Below, one piece after another: positions 54,196 through 64,000 of a stretch of 64,000 nt of DNA (position 1 is its first letter; every line of letters starts with the position of its first letter). Made by a program: the position numbers and the translations under genes. The DNA lies in the NCBI GenBank assembly GCA_951406725.2, contig OX597822.1, positions 90,706,001 through 90,770,000 on the forward strand, given 5' to 3'. The notes beneath the pieces were generated by a model that saw nothing but the letters and a program-made list of their open reading frames with translations, had not been told where the DNA came from and did not search any database. This stretch comes from Octopus vulgaris (Eukaryota).

Positions 54196-55435
54196 TACGT
54201 TACAACTCATCCTGGATGAAATAAATTGAATTATTGTATTGTATTTCCTTAATAGTTTAAATGCCAAGTTTACAGAGACCTTAGTCTACCTATTCCCAGA
54301 TATGTGTGTGGAACAACAAACTAAAAGACAAAGAAAGACTTGTATGATTTCTAACAAAAAATTCCGATCGAGTCTAATCTGTGGCATGTCGATGTAACTT
54401 TCATGTTACTTTATTTATATCTCCATATAAGGTAACGTGAAATGTGTGTGTGTGTGTGTGTGTGTGTGTATTACTGTGTAACTGCGAAAACTAAAACAAT
54501 GTTTAAATCAGATTACATACAGATTCATTTAACACAAGTTACATTCAGCACAGACATACATTTTGCAGTCACCTTAGATGTACTACATGTGTCCGGTGCA
54601 TATGGGGGTTCTAAAAACTTAGAATATAAATTACATTTTCATGATGTAATTTAAATCCTTGATTTGCTTTGGCAAACTGTACAACCATTAACACAGGCCT
54701 TGCTTGTTTTTACCTCTGAAACGAAATATTTTCACATACTTCTTTTTTTTTATCGGAATTCTGAGTAAATTTCTTGTTGTATGCTATACTTATTATTGAA
54801 TGTACAAATTCAATAATCCTTAATAACATAATTTCAAGCTGTATTCGTGAATATATTCGTGCATTTAAATGCTTTAAACTGTTTGTTAGACAACACCTGA
54901 GATTTGCTCACGAGATAAGATTTCCCTTCATAAATAAAACTTAACTGAAAATATAATCTTGTGAAATATATCACTGCCTTTCTAGAGAAGAACTATGGTG
55001 TATTCTCTTCCAAATCTGTACTCGGATAGATCCACACTTTACATCCTCTTTGATCATCTTAATTTCATTCTAATTTTCTTTAAAGTTTTAGGATAACAAT
55101 ATATAATTTTAATGTTATAGAGAATAAAAGTTCATCCGAGAGTGATGTCTTTAGAACACTGCCTTTCTCCGTCTGACAACTTACGAATTTGGTCTTTCTG
55201 TGTAATTCAACATTGATAGTTTCTCTAATCATATGATAAAATTTTATATTTCATATTTTCATTTAGCTACATATTTTTAATTTTTTATTGCCCACAGGGG
55301 TCTAAACATAGAGGGGACAAACAAGGGGATTAAGTCTTTAAAGGGATTAGCCTTTAAAAAAAGTACTGGGGTCGATTTGTTCAACTAAAACCCTGCAAGG
55401 CGATGCCCCAGCATAGCCGCAGTCAAATGACTGGA

Positions 55436-55482
<47 letters not shown>

Positions 55483-55537
55483 TACATACATACACACACA
55501 TACACACACACACACATATATGTATATATATACACAT

Positions 55538-55603
<66 letters not shown>

Positions 55604-55606
<3 letters not shown>

Positions 55607-56479
55607 GAGGGAGCAATGGGCAAATTGCTGCCATTTTATATCTTAAATTTTGCGCATTGTTTGCTTTTAATTTTGTCGACTACACAGTATAGGAGGGTCA
55701 GTTGGGCACCGTCTGTGAGAAAAGCAGCATCATGACGCAATTCACTCTGCTAGAAATGTGGAAACCACACGCTATACTGCTTGGCTTTCGCGCTGGAAGC
55801 TCCAACACAAACATTTCAGGGTGTTTGGGTATCAATCTGAGGACAGTGCATTCTGAGGACTTGTGCCGAGAGAGATAAAAATCAAACATCCAGTCAACAT
55901 CATGGTGCTTAGAGTGATCACTAGTGATGGCGACGTTATGCTTCCCATTTATCTTCCCACGCGGCCTCAGACTCAACACAGAGCTACATCAAGTACCTGG
56001 AGGAGGTAGTGCTACCCTGGGTCAAGAGAGTGACTGCCACCCTGTCTGGCAACAGGACTCTACACCATGCCACACCAGCAAAAGAACTCAGTCTTCGCAG
56101 TCAGAAATTTCTGCAACCACATTACCCCCTAACACCTGACCACCTAACTCTCCAGACTATTGCCCTTGATTATTATGAGTGCGGCGCAGTTGAGCGAGAT
56201 ACCAGTAAAACCCCTTGTAAAACACAAAGATGAACTGAAGGCAAGGATTATGGCAGCATTCACCAACTTAAACAAAGAGATCGCCCAGAAGAGTTGCGGG
56301 AGATTCTGAAGTAGTCTGGAGTCCGTGGATGAAGCCAATGGCGATTTTATTGAATAAATGTACTCTTTAGTATTTCAAGATATTTTTATGTAAGTTTGGT
56401 AAATATATCTGTTAAAATGAAACGTCAGTTTAATTTCCTTTTTGCGTAATTTAGACGACAGTTTATTCACCGCACCCTG
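55604..56479 (+). mobile_element. Deleted Tc1/mariner-superfamily element (maT/DD37D-like)
   Basis: WQQDSTPCH, PPNSPD..LDYY, DELKARI; right end TTTATTCACCGCACCCTG|TA. Confidence 0.75.
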
Positions 56480-56612
<133 letters not shown>

Positions 56613-56913
56613 TATACACACACATATATATATATACATATATATACACACATATATATATATATACATATATATATATACATACATATATATATATACA
56701 TACATATATATATATATACATACATATAACTACAAAATTAGAGAATGGAGAAACATACTTAAATCAATAAAACATCAACTATCCGATGATACCCAATCAA
56801 TACTTTAATACACCATTACATATGAGTAAAGGCATTATACAAAATGAGATATACAGTAATAGTAAAAAGATAAAGAGATATAAGTAAAAAATTTCAAATA
56901 TAATATGCATGTA

Positions 56914-57014
<101 letters not shown>

Positions 57015-57065
57015 CATACATATATATATATACATACATATATATATATACATACATATATATAT

Positions 57066-57158
<93 letters not shown>

Positions 57159-57265
57159 AAATCACAATAAGGGTGAAAAAAATTGAATATTAATTAATAA
57201 TAACATCAATTTAAAACACCAAGTGGCCTAGCGTAAAAAAAACTGTGATACAGTAAAAATTATTA

Positions 57266-57603
57266 ATACAAGTAATAAGAGAGGGACCACATGTGGTCAC
57301 TCTAACGCTAGAAATAGATCCGCAAAGGGAATCCACCACTAAAGAATTGTTCTCAAGCATTAATTCAACATGCCAAGAATGTAAGCGGGCAGGACAAATG
57401 AAAAATAACGAGATAAATAAACGGACTGAAATTTCTTCAATGACAATCTAACATACATTTTTTCGTTATTTTTCATTTGTCCTGCCCGCTTACATTCTTG
57501 GCGAGTTGAATTAATGCTTGAGAACAATTCTTTAGTGGTGGATTCCCTTTGCGGATCTATTTCTAGCGTTAGAGTGACCGCATGTGGTCCCTCTCTTATT
57601 ACT

Positions 57604-57608
<5 letters not shown>
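57266..57608. repeat. Near-perfect inverted repeat, 146-bp arms, 51-bp spacer
   Basis: 57266-57411 is the reverse complement of 57463-57608, 3 mismatches seen. Confidence 0.95.
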
Positions 57609-57660
<52 letters not shown>

Positions 57661-58114
57661 TTGGATTTTGGATTTTGGCTACTCCTTCTAGCGTGCAAGG
57701 TGTCCTATGATGGTCACCTCTTATGTCTTTAAATGTACAATGTATTTGTATGAATAATATATAGTCTATTGACTAATTTTCTACATGCTAGGCCACTGGT
57801 AGTAGAAAATTTCTAAAAAAGTTTTTCCTACCCTGATATATAATAATTATATATATATATATATGGGGAAAAAATCGACATCGTCGGTCACGAATGACCA
57901 TGGGTGTGCCTAAGAGGTTTCCCTCCGGGATGGATACAAGTCTGGGTGGAAAGTCGCCTCAATGACGAACGCACAACCTAGGGTTTTTGGAAAAAGAGAA
58001 AAAAAAAATAGTATCATGTAAGAACCGAAACGTCGTCTCCTCATGCTCTTTAGTTACATTTTTAGGCCGCCGGCATTCACAGCACATGTTCAGTTTCAAT
58101 TGTAATTCTAGAGA

Positions 58115-58184
<70 letters not shown>

Positions 58185-58384
58185 AGAAAGAGAAGGAGAA
58201 CTGCTTTCATGGAAGCCACATTTCTGTTTAAAGAAGGCTTCTGTGAATTGAAGTCGAGATAAACAAACGGACAGAAATGTTCTTCAATGACAATCTAACA
58301 TACATTCTGTTTCACAAAATATTCCCATGTATTTATCTCTCAACAGTAGTAATATACCAAGAAACGTCACAGTTTCAATTGTAT

Positions 58385-58517
58385 CCGCCCACTAAACAAA
58401 AAAAACGTTCGTCCCCCGCCCACCTCCTCGCCTCACGTCGCAAAACAAGTTCAGACTTGTCGCTCGCCTGAAAGAAAAAATTGTATATAAGCTGTGTTTC
58501 TATCTATATCTTTAGTC
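58385..58517 (+). promoter_or_regulatory. Second promoter-like module: GC boxes, p53-like element, TATA, Inr
   Basis: CCGCCC x2; AAACAAGTTC AGACTTGTCG 58443-58462 (19/20); TATATAAG 58484-58491; TTA(+1)GTC with A at 58514, 30 bp after the TATA start. Confidence 0.55.
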
Positions 58518-59401
58518 GGCTCACGGGTTTCAATGTACGTTTGACTTTATCTTTCTCTCTCTTTTGCAAACACACAATATGTGTGTTAACAATATATTTC
58601 AGATTTCCGAGTCCTTGTCGATTCGTCATCTTAATTCACCGTCTCTCTTTATTTTATTTCTTTCTTCATTTATAACCATCACTTGTATTCTTTATCTAAT
58701 TTCCTCATATTCAGTGATATACAATATATTCTCTCTGCGCTGTTTAATCACCATTTTTATCTAAAATGTTTTGTTTAACAACAAGTTCACTCTCGCCTAA
58801 TCATATATATAAAAACGCATTCTGAACGTATGCACTCAAACAATTCATCACACAAACACACACACATAATTTATTCACACACTATACCTCGTCCTTTCTC
58901 TGATGTTAAATTGCAGATTCGGAAGCAGGTTTGTATGTTTTTGTATCATATTTTGTATTGTTTAGATATACTCGTAACACACGCGCGCAGATTTTGTAAA
59001 CGTACTGCATGCTTTATTAGGATTTTTTATTTTTTTCGAGTGAAGAAAATAAGATTGTGAAATATCCTTTCGTAACGTCATTAGTGTAAGAGAAATAAAC
59101 TGGGAACTGAAACCAAGTCGATGACTTGGGTCTACCGAGCGAGAAGCTTATCTTTTCTTTTATTACACGCATCTTATACTTTATGAATGTGAAATGAAAT
59201 TTTGTCGCATAGTTTTATTTTTACGTTTTTTTTAATTCTCAAACCCATTTGTTAACATTTCTTAGAAATTAAATCTACCAGCTGCAAGTAAAATTTCGAC
59301 TCCAGCAATTTTCCTTTTTATTATCATTTGGATATAATTTTAGAGATTTTTTTCCAGCAAAGAATAAATATCAATTGTCCGAAGTTAACCATTTGGATCA
59401 A

Positions 59402-59924
59402 TGTTTACAACTTGACCCGGAAAGGAAAATCAGAAAAAAAATAATGCAACAGGTGTAAAAAAAAAAAAAAAATATATATATATATAAGTAGGAAACGAAT
59501 ATGAAAGAAAAAAAATGCGCGCAAAGCAACGGGAGGGTAGGGAGAGGACCGCGAAAAATTCACAAGATCCGAGTTTTTCCCTCATAACTTTTAGGAAAAT
59601 GGAGTTTTTTCAATGAAATTTTATAGAAATACCTTTCAAACGGCATACATTACGACCATAAAGTAATTTGTGGGGAAAATTTTGAGGTGGGGGAGAGGAC
59701 TTTCGGAAAATTTCCAAGAGCCGAATTTTCTTCATTATATTCCGAAATCACATTCAACTTTCTACAGATACCCTAGCGTAGTACTACTACACTACGAAGT
59801 GTTTATTTCTACCCGCTTTCAATAATTTTTAATGTTTTGGTTTCAGTTTTGCTTCATTTTATCTTCAATTATTTTTACGCTTTTTAACCCCCCCCCTGCC
59901 GTTATTCTCATTCACTCGTTATTA

Positions 59925-59961
<37 letters not shown>

Positions 59962-59962
59962 G

Positions 59963-60007
<45 letters not shown>

Positions 60008-60189
60008 TTATCGCCATACTAATATGGCATTCTTATAAAAATAAGAATGCCATATTAGTATGGCGATAACTAATATTTTCCGGGAACGCTGCCGTTGTTC
60101 TCTTTTAGAGAGACTTAGTAATTTTAATATTTCTATTATATATATATATATACATATATATACACATATACACACACACGCACATATAC

Positions 60190-60251
<62 letters not shown>

Positions 60252-60563
60252 GTGAATTTTCCGAAGTCCTCTCCCTATCCCTTGGAAAAGATTTTACCCA
60301 CAAATTTCTTTATAATCGTATTGTATGCCGTTTGAAAGGTATTTCTATAAAATTTCATTGAAAAAAAAAAAAAAAAAACATTTTCCTAAAAGTTATGAGG
60401 GAAAAACTCGGATCTTGTGAATTTTCCGAGGTCCTCTCCCTATCCTCCCGTTGCTTTGCGCGCATTTTTTTTTTTTTTTTCATATTCGTTTCCTACACAT
60501 TTTTTTTTTTCACCAATTGCACTATGTTTTTCTGATTTTCGTTTCCGGATCAAGTTGTAAACA
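59402..60563. mobile_element. Non-autonomous foldback element with ~310-bp TIRs (TGT...ACA ends)
   Basis: 59402-~59713 is the inverted complement of ~60254-60563; related sequence at ~24215-24330; no convincing TSD. Confidence 0.85.
60001..60076. repeat. Perfect 36-bp hairpin with AAAA loop
   Basis: ATATTAGTTATCGCCATACTAATATGGCATTCTTAT-AAAA-exact reverse complement. Confidence 0.97.
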
Positions 60564-60599
60564 ATAACATTAACCGAAGTGGTTTTTAGGTATCATTAT

Positions 60600-60964
60600 T
60601 AATTATATGTTATTGTTCTGCACGTTAATCAGTATTAATTTGTTACTAAAAGTACTGTTTCTTGAACTTCCTCTTATTTCTTGTAAGAGATACAACAGCT
60701 ATCGCTAAACAGATTTGTCATGTCAGATTTGCCTCGTGGCCCCGACGGACAAAATGGAAAAGGCGTTGCCCCGGAGGAGGATGAAGGAGACGCTCTGAAA
60801 CAGCCACTCTGATTCCCAGGGCTCGCACATGCGGAGAGACATCTCTACCCCTATATCAGTGAGAAGAGATGAAATCTGGGAGCCAAGATTCCTGAAATCT
60901 CCATTGCCACAGGCTCGGCCAAAAATCACAGGCTCGGCCAAAAATCACAGGCTCGGCCAAAAAG
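60600..60964 (-). mobile_element. CRE-clade-like retroelement 3' end, next to a 19-bp x3 tandem repeat (60908-60964)
   Basis: ESEWLFQSVSFILLRGNAFSIL resembles the FLFQR(I/L)SIAIQRGNA C-terminal motif; (CACAGGCTCGGCCAAAAAT)3. Confidence 0.55.
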
Positions 60965-63312
60965 GAGATTAAACTGAATGGAAAATTTTCTAACTCTAAA
61001 TTTTTGTTATGCATTTTGTTCTGTTGGAGATAAATATTGCAAGCAGTAAATAGTTTTTATCTGTCAATCAAACTGGTGAGAGACGTGTATTTAGGAAAAA
61101 AAAAAGAAAAAAAAGTAATCATTCGAAAGACTTTATGTTATTTCTTCCACAGACATCAAATCATGATGGGTATGCGAAGTGTTTCAGATTAGAAATTTTG
61201 AAGTAGATCATCTTTGATAATTATTAACTTCTGTTAAGTTTCTTCGAATTCTCAACAGCTTTTCCCTCCCTTTCAGTAATAACTAATGTATTGGGAAGAC
61301 GTTTTTTACAATTTCTTCGAAGCAATTTTTTTTTCTTTGCATGGTCAGTTACAGGGATGCTGCTTAGAGAATGTTGTTTGACGCATAACTTAAGAAGGTA
61401 ATTGTTTTGCCTAAACAACCCACTTCAGTAACATCGCTGTCGCTGAAAATACAACAAACCGAATCAGAAAACAAATATGCTTCATATTCTCTCCAATAAT
61501 ACCAGGTAAGTCTTTTTATTTAATTCGAAAGACTTCGGTTACAAAAGAGAGTATATAGACAATGATAATCATTAAAACTGGAAGAGTAAGTGTCAGTTCA
61601 GAGCCTGTAAAAATAAGGGGTTAGGATGGGCCGAGAGAAGGAATATTAGACTTTTAGAAAAGGTGCTTTATTATTATTATTTTTCAAAAATTTGTTATAT
61701 GGAGACATTTCCTTTGTTATGAGATCGTATTAGGGGAAAGTTAAGATAGCTGTCACTTCTCTAATTCGAAATCTCACTGTGTGCTTTGAAGGAATACAAG
61801 ATATCAATGTTATTACTAGAAATGTTGTACGATCCAGTTTCCAAAGATGCTAGTGTACTAACATCAATATAGTAATGATGTTATTATTCCTATTAGTAAC
61901 AAGGATTCGTTACAGTGACTAAAGACTATACATTTTGTGAACGGGTATAGTAATTAACTTACAGAATATTTCTAAATTGATGGATGCCGTGGATTGGAAG
62001 GCAAAATCAATAATGAGGGTACAGAGTAAGTTGATTACACCGACTCCCGTGTTCGACTTATACTCATTTTATCGAACCCGAAATAACGGGAAAAGTCGAC
62101 CGCGCCGGAATGTGAACTCAAGAACGTAAAGCCAGAACTACCATTAAGCATTTTATCCGGCGTGCTTTTACCTTTCAGATTTTTTTCTACAATAGAAACA
62201 AGATAGCAAAAGTGGGGTGGCAAGCCATGTGAGATAGGCGGTGGGGGACAATACAACGCAAGAGACGTTTGACTATTAACCCGATGAAAGTGGGCTGGGC
62301 TTAGATCTGTAGGCGTGTAAAGGGCATGTACTACTAAAGTATTTCATCATTGACTTTTAAAGAACCTGTACGAAACTAAGAATAATTAATTGTGTGTTAA
62401 ATTGTAAAATTCGGTGCTGATTGGGACTGTAAATTGTGACTGACGGTTTAGTTTCTTGTTCGTTGACTCGCGATACTAAAGGAAAAGATCCAATTATCTA
62501 TATACATACGAGTTCGAGTTATACATGGATGCAAATTGTCTACATGCTTAACTCGTATTATACACCTCTTTGGGTTTCTAAACAAATTTTCATCTTTCTG
62601 TCTCTGTCCCCCCCCTCTCTCTCTCAGTACATACGTATGTATGCGTACACATACGTATTTTTAAAGATTTTATTTGTTTTAGTCATTTGACTGCGGCCAT
62701 GCTGGAGCACCGCCTTTAGTCGAGCAAATCGACCCCAAGTCTTATTCTTGGTAAGCCTAGTACTTATACGTATATATATATACGTATATATAGACACATA
62801 ACTAAATATATATATATACACATAAATACGTATACACACACACATATGTAAAGGAGATGTGTGCAAAATTGCTACCTGGGGCAAAATGAGTAACTTCGCA
62901 TTTCTCGTTTGTTTCTCTCTCAATCTGTTAGAAACCATGGCATTGAAAATATTGCATCATCATTTTGTACTGTTGCATCATCTTTTGAAGCAAAAAGTGG
63001 TCAGCGTAGTCGTTGTTGAAGATGAATGTTTGAAACCTAATTGTGTGGCACGTACATTTTTTCAGGAAATATTTCCTCAAATTTTGATTCGATCCTAATT
63101 GAGGTTGCTAATAAAATAATTTAAATAATTTTTGGTGTTTAACAACCAATATTCTTTTCTCTTTGGAATTCCTTGTCAATTTTTTCCCACACTGTCTAAT
63201 TTGATAATTTTCAAAAAAAAAAAACAAAAAAAAAGGCCTTAATGGGGCAAAATAAGTAATGGCTAAAATCAATAATTTTTTCCGTTTGATTTGTGTGGTA
63301 CACACACACAAA

Positions 63313-63349
<37 letters not shown>

Positions 63350-63479
63350 ACATATACAGGGGTTGGACAAAATAACGGAAACACCTTAAAATTTCAAATA
63401 AATATATTTTAATATGGGGTAGAGCCACCTTTGGCAGTAATTACAGCTTGAATTCTTTGAGGAAGAATATATGTATATA

Positions 63480-64000
63480 TAAAGCTGTGGTCATGTATTT
63501 GAAACCTCCTCCGATATGTGATATTTGGTCAATGAGGCAGTTTGATGCCACTGTCCTCTCAGGCATTTTGGAAGGATATTTGATGATCTGTGGGCCCAAA
63601 ATTACATGAAAATATATTTGAAGTACTAAACAGTAAATTTATTTAATAAAATCGCCAGTGGCTTCAACCACAGCCTTCAGATGACTTCAGAATTTTCTGC
63701 AACTCTTCTGGATGGTCTCCTTACTTAAGTCGGTGAATGCTGCTATAATCCTTGGTCAGGACGCCATGATAGATCGTTAGCTCCTACACGCATTTTTTTT
63801 CTCTCCTTGTTTTTTTCTGTGTATCTTTCTGTCGAAGAGCATAGACTCGAAATGTAAAAGACTTTTTCTATTTCTGTTCCTGAGCGCTATACTAATACAT
63901 TTGTTTGTTTGTACTCCACTTGCCTTCGTCTTTTGTTTATTTTCGTAAACTTTCTTGTTATAATAATCCTTGCCTTCAGTTCATCTTTGGTGTTACAAGG
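63480..64000 (-). mobile_element. Second copy of the maT-like element, interrupted by a 208-bp insertion (63755-63962)
   Basis: Reverse complement of 56210-56420; insertion flanked by TSD ATAATCCTTG at 63745-63754 and 63963-63972. Confidence 0.75.

Overview
AT-rich, repeat-dense eukaryotic DNA. The SINE families and the density of (TA)n/(TATG)n/(AAT)n microsatellites suggest a cephalopod, probably Octopus (inference, not database-checked). Most of the window is decayed transposable elements: CR1-, RTE-, Tx1-, R4/Dong- and CRE-like LINE fragments, four Ty3/Gypsy remnants (one two-LTR, internally deleted copy nested in a Tc3-like element), mariner/Tc1/pogo remnants, several MITEs and many tRNA-derived SINEs. 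Only one convincing host gene was found: a three-exon, 154-aa ATF3/JDP2-like bZIP factor on the + strand (48246-51711) with a clear GC box/TATA/Inr promoter. The most striking unexplained signal is a set of p53-family response elements (RRRCWWGYYY x2, zero spacer): a tandem array of about 10 full sites ending in an E2F site at 21.0-21.3 kb, the same overlapping E2F/p53 module at 25.35 kb and in the bZIP promoter, and another site in a second TATA/Inr promoter-like region at 58.4 kb. Other notable items: a telomere-repeat MITE family with 6-bp TSDs (one copy captured about 220 bp of another copy's flank), near-perfect foldbacks, two degenerate hammerhead-like motifs and a long decayed ORF of unknown identity. 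Most ORFs in the supplied track are microsatellite artefacts. All alignments were done by eye, so TE boundaries without a stated TSD are approximate.
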